Shown here piece by piece: positions 17,585 through 26,446 of a stretch of 64,000 bases of DNA (its first letter is position 1; each line of letters begins with the position of its first letter). The notes beneath the pieces were generated by a model. That model saw only the letters and a program-made list of their open reading frames with translations, did no database searches and was not told the DNA's origin. Where the stretch lies: positions 3,741 through 67,740 of the forward strand of contig JAEZLZ010000097.1 of NCBI GenBank assembly GCA_023415055.1, in the 5' to 3' direction. The position numbers and the translations under genes were made by a program. This DNA is from Bacillota bacterium (lineage in GTDB: Bacteria > Bacillota > Clostridia > Lachnospirales > Lachnospiraceae).

Positions 17585-18766
17585 TTGAATAATATTATGG
17601 ATTATCTGGATTGGAGAGGAGATCTGTCCTTTGATCAGGATCTTTTGAATGAAGTAGATAGTCTTATTCTATCCACCCTTGCCTATATCGAATATGACGG
17701 AATTGTAAAATTTCAGGAGCAGGATGAGGGTGTCCTATTATCGGAGATTGCCGGAAAGGCTTATGATGCCATTGATTTTACGGCACCCCGTTGTAAGGAT
17801 CCGTTCTTTGAACATATTCCAGATTTGTTACTTAAGGCAGCCAGTACACGAAGATTTGGAAGTCTTACATTGTCTTATTATATCAACCGTATTAATTATG
17901 ACAATTCGGAGCAATTTTCAGCCATGGTATTCAGCCTCCATAAGAAGCTACATTATATTGCATTTCGCGGTACGGATGATAACCTGATTGGTTGGAAGGA
18001 AGATTTTATGATGAGCTTTCTGGATGAGGTGCAGGCGCAGCGTGATGCAGTGGAATACACCAGATATCTATTGACGATGCTGAAGGGAGATATCTATCTT
18101 GGGGGCCATTCCAAAGGCGGGAATCTGGCGGTTTATGTTGCCGCCACCTGTGAGGAAGCAAAGGATCGCCTTATTGCGGTATTTAATAACGACGGACCCG
18201 GTTTTCAAGAAAAGTTTCTGGAAAGTGAAGGTTATCATAGTGTCGTATCCAAGATACACACCATTCTTCCGAAATCCTCTGTGGTAGGGATGCTGATGGA
18301 GCATCTGGAGGATTATGTGGTTGTGAATAGTAATCAGAAGGGAATTATGCAGCATAATGCCTTATCCTGGGAGGTACTGGGGAACCACTTTGTATATAAA
18401 CCGGGTGTAAATAAATCCAGTATTTTCTTAAATCAGGCACTGCGCCAATGGCTGAATGAGGTTTCCATGGAAGAACGGGCCGAATTTGTGACGGAGCTGT
18501 TTGATATCATTGATGCATCCGGTCTAGGAACAGTCAGCAGCATCTCCTCGGAAAAACGGATAGCGGTGAACGCAATGCTTAAGGCATATTCCAATATGAG
18601 TCCTGAGACGAAAAGCTTTATGAAAAAGCTGATTTATAAATTTATAGAAGAAGCTCAGAAGGTCCTACTGCAGTCCCTTGAAGGAGAACTTCATATCAGC
18701 AGACAGGAGACCGGCAAGACGATTGTAAGAAGAAGAGGGAAAGCTTATATTAAGCTTCAGGGCTAA
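17585..18766 (+). CDS. DUF2974/Mbeg1-like alpha/beta hydrolase
   Basis: NIMDYLDWRGDL, AFRGTDD.L.GWKEDF, GHSKGGNLA nucleophile elbow, DGPG, SS.VG.L. Confidence 0.9.
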   Translation: MNNIMDYLDWRGDLSFDQDLLNEVDSLILSTLAYIEYDGIVKFQEQDEGVLLSEIAGKAYDAIDFTAPRCKDPFFEHIPDLLLKAASTRRFGSLTLSYYINRINYDNSEQFSAMVFSLHKKLHYIAFRGTDDNLIGWKEDFMMSFLDEVQAQRDAVEYTRYLLTMLKGDIYLGGHSKGGNLAVYVAATCEEAKDRLIAVFNNDGPGFQEKFLESEGYHSVVSKIHTILPKSSVVGMLMEHLEDYVVVNSNQKGIMQHNALSWEVLGNHFVYKPGVNKSSIFLNQALRQWLNEVSMEERAEFVTELFDIIDASGLGTVSSISSEKRIAVNAMLKAYSNMSPETKSFMKKLIYKFIEEAQKVLLQSLEGELHISRQETGKTIVRRRGKAYIKLQG

Positions 18767-18897
18767 ATTATATTACGTTAGCCAGATCAGAAAAAAACTA
18801 AGGATAAAATGAAACGATCTTATTTATTAGTGCAGTTGCATGACACATTTTGATGAATTTATCATAATTATGTATTAACCGTATCTTCTGGAGTATT

Positions 18898-19257
18898 ATG
18901 CCTTCAAATAATAAAGAGAATTATTCTATTGTGATCAATGTAACTAATCATACGTTATTATTATTTAAGAATGGAAAATTATTTAAGAGTTATCCGGTAG
19001 CAGTGGGGAAAGCCTCCACACCTACGCCTATAGGTACCTTTAAGATAAAGAACAAAGCTTCTAATCCGGGAGGACCCTTTGGAGCAAGGTGGATGGGATT
19101 GAATGCCCCAGGCGGCAGTTATGGAATCCATGGAACGAACAACCCTGCTTCCATAGGAAAAAACATCTCTAACGGATGTATCCGCATGCACAATAAGGAT
19201 GTCATCGAACTAAGTAATCTAGTACCTATTGGAACAACAGTGAATATCGTCGCATAA
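18898..19257 (+). CDS. L,D-transpeptidase (YkuD domain only)
   Basis: YPVAVG...TPTP.G, YGIHGT, SNGCIRM. Confidence 0.92.
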   Translation: MPSNNKENYSIVINVTNHTLLLFKNGKLFKSYPVAVGKASTPTPIGTFKIKNKASNPGGPFGARWMGLNAPGGSYGIHGTNNPASIGKNISNGCIRMHNKDVIELSNLVPIGTTVNIVA

Positions 19258-19277
19258 TAATCCACTAGGAGGGAGTT

Positions 19278-19886
19278 ATGAGAAAAGAATTACCCTATTT
19301 TAGAATTGATCAAGCTTATGGCGGTAGCCAGAGCTGGTTTCGGGATCCGATGATGAAGCTGGGAGGCTGCGGAGCAGCCACAGCATGTGACAGTTGCATT
19401 TATCTGGCGTTGCACGGTAACAGACCTAATCTTTATCCGCTAGATATCAATCAAATCGATAAAGAAGCCTATATTCAATTTGCTGCGAAGATGAAGCCCT
19501 TCCTTCGTCCAAGGATGCAGGGGATTAATAAGCTGGAGTTATTTATTGACGGATTTCAAAAATATTTAAATCAAATTGGAGGACATTCACTTAAGCTAGA
19601 AGCCTTTTCGGGTGAGCATACCTATGAACAGGCAAAAGTGGCTGTTTGCAGTCAGTTGAATCAAAACATGCCGATCCCTTTTCTGCTGCTAAGGCATAAA
19701 AGCGATACGATGAGAGATCTGGTCTGGCATTGGTTTTTAATTCTGGGATATGAAGAATTTGAAGCTGATTTCATGATTAAGATAGCAACTTATGGTGCCT
19801 ACCACTGGATTTCACTTCGTGAATTATGGAATACCGGTTATAAGGAAAAAGGTGGAATGATATTCATTACAGAGGAAAGGCTATAA
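19278..19886 (+). CDS. Hypothetical protein, possibly papain-like/C39-like cysteine peptidase
   Basis: Q...GGCGAATAC near the N-terminus; HWFLILGY and IATYG near the C-terminus. Confidence 0.55.
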   Translation: MRKELPYFRIDQAYGGSQSWFRDPMMKLGGCGAATACDSCIYLALHGNRPNLYPLDINQIDKEAYIQFAAKMKPFLRPRMQGINKLELFIDGFQKYLNQIGGHSLKLEAFSGEHTYEQAKVAVCSQLNQNMPIPFLLLRHKSDTMRDLVWHWFLILGYEEFEADFMIKIATYGAYHWISLRELWNTGYKEKGGMIFITEERL

Positions 19887-19978
19887 GCCATATTCATCAA
19901 TGTTTATTGGGAGGAACCGCAATAGACAGGAGGAATAGGCTTATAGCCTTTCATTACCTATGTTTCAATTCATCTTAC

Positions 19979-20194
19979 TTATAGGGAACCGCCGCATAAG
20001 GAAAGGATTAGGATCAGTGGTAAGATTCCGTCCAAGCCGCCACCGCAGCTGCCGCATCCATTGTTTCCAAGACACCCGCCGAAGAGACCTCCATCTCCCT
20101 GGCACATTGTCAATAAAAGAATTAAGAAAATTGGGCTGAACCCGTTATCACAGTTGTTATTGCTCATGCAAGATGTAGTTGACATATTACTCAT
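19979..20194 (-). CDS. Small Cys/Gly-rich hydrophobic protein, paralog 1 (possibly spore-associated)
   Basis: RBS GGAGG; internal repeat GxxPx(F/I)LILxLxxC; paralog at 26032-26259. Confidence 0.8.
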   Translation of the reverse strand: MSNMSTTSCMSNNNCDNGFSPIFLILLLTMCQGDGGLFGGCLGNNGCGSCGGGLDGILPLILILSLCGGSL

Positions 20195-20322
20195 AATTGA
20201 GCCTCCATTAAATTATTTTTTATAGTATATCATATGCGGTCCTTTCATATATTTACATATGTCAATGTGACAATGTCACATTGAATAGAAGAGGAAATCA
20301 CAAAAAATCAGAAGAGGTATAT

Positions 20323-21660
20323 ATGACAAGTAATCGAAAAAAGTGGATAAAAAATGCATTACAGATACTGCTATTGCTAAGTATAATATCCGTTACAGGA
20401 TGTAGTTCCATTTACCATAAAAAAGAGAATCCGGACAAGCTCTCGGTGTTAATTAGCTCCGATATACATTATCTTGCTACAGAGCTTAATGATCAGGGTG
20501 AGGCATTTCAGAAATATATCTCAAATAGTGACGGTAAATATTTGCGCTATATTGATGAGATTACGAATGCATTCTCGGATGAGGTCATAGCGAAGAAGCC
20601 TGAGGTATTGATTATCAGCGGTGATCTGACGAATAACGGGGAGAAAGAAAGTCATGAACAGCTTTCCGGTAAATTAAAGGAAATTGAACAGGCAGCAGGA
20701 ACCAAGATCTATGTCATTCCAGGTAATCATGATATTAATAATCCTTGGGCCAGAGGCTTTCGAGAATCTGAACAATACGTTACCGCTTCAGTCAGTCCGG
20801 AGGATTTTGAAAAAATCTATGAGGATTTTGGATATCAGGAAGCAATTTCAAGAGATGAGGCGTCACTCAGTTATCTGGCGGCACCTTCCAAGAAGCTGTG
20901 GTTCTTAATGCTGGATACCTGTATTTATGAGTTTAATGAATTGATGGGGAACCCCATGATGAATGGAGAAATTAGTCCGGAGACCTTAACCTGGATTAGA
21001 GAGTGTAGCGAGCGGGCGAAGAAAGAAAATGCTCGACTGGTGGCAGTGATGCACCATAATTTATTAGACCACAGCAGTGTGTTAAATAAAGGCTTCACAC
21101 TAAATAATAATAATGAGGTCCTGGAGGTATTAAGAAATTGTAGTATTGAGCTAGTATTCAGCGGCCATATTCATATGCAGAACATAAAAGCCTCGGAGGA
21201 TGCTGAGCCTATTTACGACATAGCCAGTGGCTCACTTGCCGTCTATCCGGTTCAGTATGGAGTTCTTACCTTTACCGCTGAAGAAGGCTTTGATTATTTT
21301 ACTAAGGTTGTAGATGTGAAAAGCTGGGCAAAAAGAAAAGGCAGCAGCGATGATAATCTACTTCATTTTCCGGAATATTCTAAAAAGTATTATACCGAGG
21401 CATCCATGAGAAAAGCAAATGAATCCCTTGTGGATACCATGGATTACACGGTAGACGAGAAAAGATTGATGGCAGAAACAATGGGTATATTGAATCTGAA
21501 TTATTTTGCAGGCACGATTGATCAGATTCGAGACGAAGTGCTGACTAGTGAGGGATATCTGCTCTGGGAAACCGCAGATTCAACTTTATTTATGAAGAAT
21601 TATATCCTAAGTGTTCTGGAAGATGGGAAAGCAAGTCATAACCGATTGACCTTAAAATAA
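20323..21660 (+). CDS. Calcineurin-like metallophosphoesterase lipoprotein
   Basis: Lipobox VTGC; SDIH, SGDLT, PGNHD, HHN and SGHIH motifs. Confidence 0.9.
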   Translation: MTSNRKKWIKNALQILLLLSIISVTGCSSIYHKKENPDKLSVLISSDIHYLATELNDQGEAFQKYISNSDGKYLRYIDEITNAFSDEVIAKKPEVLIISGDLTNNGEKESHEQLSGKLKEIEQAAGTKIYVIPGNHDINNPWARGFRESEQYVTASVSPEDFEKIYEDFGYQEAISRDEASLSYLAAPSKKLWFLMLDTCIYEFNELMGNPMMNGEISPETLTWIRECSERAKKENARLVAVMHHNLLDHSSVLNKGFTLNNNNEVLEVLRNCSIELVFSGHIHMQNIKASEDAEPIYDIASGSLAVYPVQYGVLTFTAEEGFDYFTKVVDVKSWAKRKGSSDDNLLHFPEYSKKYYTEASMRKANESLVDTMDYTVDEKRLMAETMGILNLNYFAGTIDQIRDEVLTSEGYLLWETADSTLFMKNYILSVLEDGKASHNRLTLK

Positions 21661-21720
21661 AACTCAACCACGTTTAATATTGAGCTTACCGGGTAAGCGT
21701 ATTAGATCTATTGAAATGAT

Positions 21721-21778
21721 ATATTGACAAATGTCAATATGATGAATATAATAAAAACAAATAGATAAACATCAATAT
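21721..21778 (+). promoter_or_regulatory. SigA promoter with ArsR/SmtB-type operator(s)
   Basis: TTGACA 21724-21729, 17 bp, TATAAT 21747-21752; palindrome ATATTGACA-aa-TGTCAATAT 21721-21740; degenerate second copy at 21759-21778. Confidence 0.75.
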
Positions 21779-21794
21779 TAAAGGTGGTAGAGAA

Positions 21795-22799
21795 ATGAAA
21801 GCAATCTGGAATTTTGTACAAAACCAAATTCTTGGTATGAAGTGGTTGAATGAACTAATCGGAAAAGGCCTGACACTCTTGGGTATCGATACGAATGTAA
21901 GAATTGGCGGCAGTCTTCAGTTCTTCCTTTACGATACAATAAAGATACTGGTTTTATTATCTGTTTTAATTTTTATTATTTCCTATATTCAGAGTTATTT
22001 CCCTCCGGAACGAACGAAGAAGATACTGGGCAGATTTCATGGAATTAGGGCGAATATTCTGAGTGCCTTGCTTGGAACCGTAACTCCGTTTTGCAGCTGT
22101 TCCTCCATTCCGTTATTTATCGGGTTTACAAATGCGGGCTTACCGGTTGGCGTGACATTCTCCTTTCTGATTTCCTCACCCTTAGTCGATTTGGGAGCTT
22201 TAGTGCTTTTGATGAGTGTGTTTGGCACAAAAATAGCACTGACCTATGTTGTGGTCGGTCTGGTGCTTGCGGTAATCGGAGGTACGATTATCGATAAGCT
22301 TGGTATGGAGAATCAGGTCGAGCGTTTTGTTAATACTTGTACCAATGTCGATATTGAAGCTCCTGATCTAACCAAGAAGGATAGAATGATCTATGCCTCA
22401 GAGCAGGTTCAGGCAACCGTGAAAAAGGTATTTCTATATATTCTGATTGGTGTTGGAATCGGAGCGATTATACATAACTGGATTCCAGCCGAGATAATTC
22501 AGACGATTTTAGGAGTGAACAATCCATTCTCTGTTATGATCGCGACAGTTGTCGGTGTTCCAATGTATGCTGATATCTTTGGTACGATACCGATTGCTGA
22601 GGCTTTGCTTTTGAAGGGAGTAGGAGTAGGTACCATTCTATCCTTCATGATGGGAGTGACGGCTCTAAGCCTCCCGTCTATGATTATGCTGAAAAAAGTA
22701 GTAAAAAATAAATTACTGTTTACCTTTATCGGTATCGTAACCGCAGGTATCATGATAATCGGATATCTGTTGAATGCAGTTAGTTATTTATTAATTTAA
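21795..22799 (+). CDS. arsP: ArsP/DUF318 family permease
   Basis: TPFCSCSSIP motif, FLISSP, PMYAD...T.P, ALSLPS. Confidence 0.85.
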   Translation: MKAIWNFVQNQILGMKWLNELIGKGLTLLGIDTNVRIGGSLQFFLYDTIKILVLLSVLIFIISYIQSYFPPERTKKILGRFHGIRANILSALLGTVTPFCSCSSIPLFIGFTNAGLPVGVTFSFLISSPLVDLGALVLLMSVFGTKIALTYVVVGLVLAVIGGTIIDKLGMENQVERFVNTCTNVDIEAPDLTKKDRMIYASEQVQATVKKVFLYILIGVGIGAIIHNWIPAEIIQTILGVNNPFSVMIATVVGVPMYADIFGTIPIAEALLLKGVGVGTILSFMMGVTALSLPSMIMLKKVVKNKLLFTFIGIVTAGIMIIGYLLNAVSYLLI

Positions 22800-22815
22800 A
22801 AGGAGATATATAATT

Positions 22816-23172
22816 ATGGCTATCTTTGGATTGGGAAAGAAGAAGGAAGAAGAAAAAAAGGGCAGTTGCTGCTGCAATGGTAACTGTAATTCCGAAACTA
22901 TGGAAAAGGCGGTAAAAGCAAACCAACAAGGGGATTATGTTAAAGTACTCGGATCGGGATGCGCAAAGTGCAATCAATTGGAAGAGAATGTGAAAGCAGC
23001 CTTAACACAATTAGGAATGGATACAACGATTGAACATGTCACCGATTTTTCTCAGATTGCTGCTTATGGTGTCATGACTACACCGGCCTTAGTGGTAGGT
23101 GGTAAGGTAGTATCTTACGGTAAAGTTCTTAAGGTGGAGGAAGCAGTGAAGTTACTGGAACAGAACAGATAA
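22816..23172 (+). CDS. Small redox-active disulfide (thioredoxin-like) protein with Cys-rich N-terminal extension
   Basis: KVLGSGCAKC, YGVMTTPALVV; N-terminal SCCCNGNC. Confidence 0.88.
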   Translation: MAIFGLGKKKEEEKKGSCCCNGNCNSETMEKAVKANQQGDYVKVLGSGCAKCNQLEENVKAALTQLGMDTTIEHVTDFSQIAAYGVMTTPALVVGGKVVSYGKVLKVEEAVKLLEQNR

Positions 23173-23210
23173 CATAACTGCATTTGTAGTAATTGAAAGG
23201 AGTCTGGAGG

Positions 23211-24854
23211 GTGCGACTGATCATTATAGGCGCAGTAGCTGCCGGAACCTCGGCAGCAGCGAAGGCAAGAAGAAATAATGAAGAAGCAGAGATAGTAATT
23301 TATGAAAAGGACAGCTATATCTCATATTCCGGTTGTGGGATGCCCTATTATCTTGGTAATGAGATAGAGGAAGTGAAAGAGCTTACACCAAGAGATCCGG
23401 AGTTCTTTCAATCAAAGTACAATGTGAATATCATAACCAGGCAGGAGGTACTATCTGTTGATCCTAAGAAACAATCACTTGAGATTAAGAATCTGATTAC
23501 CGGAGAGATATACCATGATCATTATGATAAGCTAGTGCTCGCGACCGGAGCTAGAGCTGTGAAGCCACCAATCAAAGGTGTAGACTTCAGCCATGTTTTT
23601 ACATTGCGTAACATCAATGATATGAATCAAATCAAGACCTTTTTGGAGCAACATCGGCCTAAATCTGCTGCAATCATCGGAACAGGATTTATCGGTCTGG
23701 AAGTGTGTGAAAACCTTAAGAAGCTGGGGATAGAGGTAACCGTAATCGAGAAGCTTCCTCAGGTGACTCCGGGACTCGATGCAGATATGGCAGTGTATGT
23801 CAAAGAGCATCTGGAGAAGCAAAAGTTAGCTGTCCACTTAAGTGCTTCGGTGAAGGAAATCACAGAGCATACGGTAGTGCTTGAGAGTGGAACTGTAATT
23901 GAGGCTGAGCTGGTACTATTAGCAACTGGGGTTCGTCCGAACATAGAATTGGCAAAACAAGCCGGATTACAGATTGGCGTTACCGGTGCAATTGAGGTGG
24001 ATGTTACCATGAGAACCAATGATCTGAATATCTATGCCTGCGGTGACTGTATCCAACAGACACATCTGATCACTGGAAAGCCGGTTTATCGTCCCCTGGG
24101 TTCAACTGCGAATAAGACCGGAAGAATCGCCGGTGATTGTGTGACGGGAGGAGACTTAAGCTTTCATGGAATTCTAGGAACCGGTATTTTTAAGGTGTTT
24201 GACCTTACCGTTGCTCAGACAGGCTTGTCGGAAAGAGAAGCATTAGAGAATGGTTTTGATACGGTAGTATGCCATAACATAAAACCAAACAAACCGGAAT
24301 ATCTTGGCGGCAAAGAGATGGTAATCAAAGGAATCGCAGATAGAAGTAGCGGTAAATTATTGGGGGTACAGATCGTCGGACCGGAGGGAGTCGATAAGAG
24401 AATTGATGTTTTTGTAACAGCGATCTACTTTGGTGCAAAGGCTGAGGATTTGGTTCACCTTGATCTTGCTTATGCACCTCCCTTTGCTACGACAAAGGAC
24501 CCGGTAATGTATACCGGAATGATCTTAGATAATGCAATTCACCGCGGCCGTGAACTGATTAGTGCGCAGGAAGTGGAGAAATTGGTGAATTCCGGAGAAA
24601 AATATACCCTGATCGATACCAGAGTGGCTAAGCAATACGATAAGGATCACCTTATTGCGGCGCAGAATATTCCACATGCCGTACTGAGAGATGAACTGGA
24701 ACAACTTGATCCAGAGGTCCCGGTGATTACCTACTGTAATAAAGGGGTCACCGGCAATGCAGCGCAAAATATCCTGATCAATCGAGGCTTCCGAAGAGTG
24801 TATAACTTGTCCGGTGGGATCAAGCACTTTCGGAAGTGGTCTGACCATAAGTAG
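23211..24854 (+). CDS. Second CoA-disulfide reductase-rhodanese fusion
   Basis: GAVAAGTSAA, SYSGCGMPY, GTGFIG, YAPPF; rhodanese loop YCNKGVTG; GTG start at 23211. Confidence 0.88.
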   Translation: MRLIIIGAVAAGTSAAAKARRNNEEAEIVIYEKDSYISYSGCGMPYYLGNEIEEVKELTPRDPEFFQSKYNVNIITRQEVLSVDPKKQSLEIKNLITGEIYHDHYDKLVLATGARAVKPPIKGVDFSHVFTLRNINDMNQIKTFLEQHRPKSAAIIGTGFIGLEVCENLKKLGIEVTVIEKLPQVTPGLDADMAVYVKEHLEKQKLAVHLSASVKEITEHTVVLESGTVIEAELVLLATGVRPNIELAKQAGLQIGVTGAIEVDVTMRTNDLNIYACGDCIQQTHLITGKPVYRPLGSTANKTGRIAGDCVTGGDLSFHGILGTGIFKVFDLTVAQTGLSEREALENGFDTVVCHNIKPNKPEYLGGKEMVIKGIADRSSGKLLGVQIVGPEGVDKRIDVFVTAIYFGAKAEDLVHLDLAYAPPFATTKDPVMYTGMILDNAIHRGRELISAQEVEKLVNSGEKYTLIDTRVAKQYDKDHLIAAQNIPHAVLRDELEQLDPEVPVITYCNKGVTGNAAQNILINRGFRRVYNLSGGIKHFRKWSDHK

Positions 24855-24863
24855 GAGGCTATT

Positions 24864-25925
24864 ATGAAAAATGAAAAATCAATGGAAATAGGATTTTTCC
24901 AAAAGTATCTATCCATCTGGGTAGCATTATGTATGGTGGCAGGAGTTCTTATCGGTAAATTTTTACCCGGAATTCCGGACTTCCTGAATCAATTTGAATA
25001 TGCGAAGGTATCGATTCCCACCGCTATCTTAATCTGGGTTATGATCTATCCAATGATGATGAAGGTGGATTTTCAGAGTATTAAGAATGTCGGTAAGAAT
25101 CCAAAGGGACTCTTTGTAACTTGGATTGCAAATTGGTTGATCAAGCCATTTACGATGTATGCAATTACTTCCTTTTTTCTTTATGTCGTATTTCGTAATT
25201 TTATAACCCAGGAGCTTGCGAAGGAATATCTTGCAGGAGCAATCTTATTAGGAGCGGCGCCCTGTACTGCGATGGTATTTGTATGGAGTACACTGACTAA
25301 GGGGAATCCTGCCTATACCGTGGTTCAGGTAGCTACCAATGATTTAATTATTCTGGTAGCGTTCGTCCCTATCGTAAAATTCCTGTTAGGTATCAGCAAG
25401 GTCAGTGTCCCCTGGGATACCCTGATTTTATCAGTTGTACTATTTGTAGTAATACCTCTTGGTGGTGGTATTCTGACCAGAGTATTAATTACAAGAAGAA
25501 AAGGGATCGAATACTTTGAAAAGCAATTCCTGCCGAAGTTCGATCATATTACCATAATCGGATTATTACTTACATTAATTCTACTGTTTGCTTTCCAGGG
25601 TGAAGTATTTCTTGCAAACCCGTTTCACATATTACTGATTGCAGTCCCTTTGACGATTCAGACCTTTATCATCTTCTTCATTTCCTACCTGCCTTGCAGA
25701 ATACTGAAGCTTCCTCATGATATCGCAGCACCTGCAGGAATGATCGGAGCCTCGAATTTCTTCGAGCTTGCGGTAGCGGTTGCGATTGCCTTATTCGGTA
25801 CTACTTCGCCGGCAGCACTTGCTACCACAGTGGGAGTTTTAACTGAAGTTCCCGTGATTCTGATTCTGGTGAAGATCGCGAACAGTACAAAGCATTGGTT
25901 CCCGCAAATGTCTTCTCTTAAATAA
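24864..25925 (+). CDS. acr3: Acr3 arsenite efflux transporter
   Basis: MIYPMM.KVDF, NWLIKPF, APCTAMVFVWS, ASNFFELAVAVAI, EVP. Confidence 0.93.
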   Translation: MKNEKSMEIGFFQKYLSIWVALCMVAGVLIGKFLPGIPDFLNQFEYAKVSIPTAILIWVMIYPMMMKVDFQSIKNVGKNPKGLFVTWIANWLIKPFTMYAITSFFLYVVFRNFITQELAKEYLAGAILLGAAPCTAMVFVWSTLTKGNPAYTVVQVATNDLIILVAFVPIVKFLLGISKVSVPWDTLILSVVLFVVIPLGGGILTRVLITRRKGIEYFEKQFLPKFDHITIIGLLLTLILLFAFQGEVFLANPFHILLIAVPLTIQTFIIFFISYLPCRILKLPHDIAAPAGMIGASNFFELAVAVAIALFGTTSPAALATTVGVLTEVPVILILVKIANSTKHWFPQMSSLK

Positions 25926-25981
25926 TACAATATTCTTATCGGTAATAGGGTGTGAGTAGGAAGAAAATGATTAGAAAACAT

Positions 25982-26018
25982 GAAAAGAGGCTTTCGTAAT
26001 TACGAAAACCTCTTTTTC
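25982..26018. terminator. Bidirectional terminator
   Basis: GAAAAGAGGCTTTCG-taatta-CGAAAACCTCTTTTTC. Confidence 0.8.
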
Positions 26019-26031
26019 ACTATTTATTAAA

Positions 26032-26259
26032 TTAGAAGGAACCACCGCATAAGCAAAGGATTAAGAGAATGGGGAGAATACCATCCAATCCGCCATTATT
26101 ACCACAGCCGTTATTATTTCCAAAGAGTCCTCCTAAAAAGCCGTTGTTATCTCCATTTTGGCAACAGCAAAGAATAAGAATTAAGAAAATCGGACTAATA
26201 CCGTTCAATCCGCCATTTCTATTATCACATCCGCAGGATGTACCTGTTAAAATACCCAT
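26032..26259 (-). CDS. Small Cys/Gly-rich hydrophobic protein, paralog 2
   Basis: RBS GGAGGT; shares SPIFLIL, GGLDGILP and LCGGS with 19979-20194. Confidence 0.8.
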   Translation of the reverse strand: MGILTGTSCGCDNRNGGLNGISPIFLILILCCCQNGDNNGFLGGLFGNNNGCGNNGGLDGILPILLILCLCGGSF

Positions 26260-26446
26260 TGTAACACCTCCAATATTCGATTTAATCCAATATATGCAGA
26301 CTGCTTGGACATATTTACCAATATCAATGTGATGTTTGCAATATTATGATGAAACAGCACAATATGAGTAGGCATAAGCATAAATAGGGCTATCCGACAC
26401 ATAATAAATTGTATTATGAACAGAATTAGATTTATATGGAGGTATT

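Noticed and set aside
19979..26259. Cys-rich microproteins as RiPP precursors for the radical SAM enzyme
   Set aside because: They are more than 36 kb from the rSAM, lack leader/core organisation and are dominated by hydrophobic repeats.
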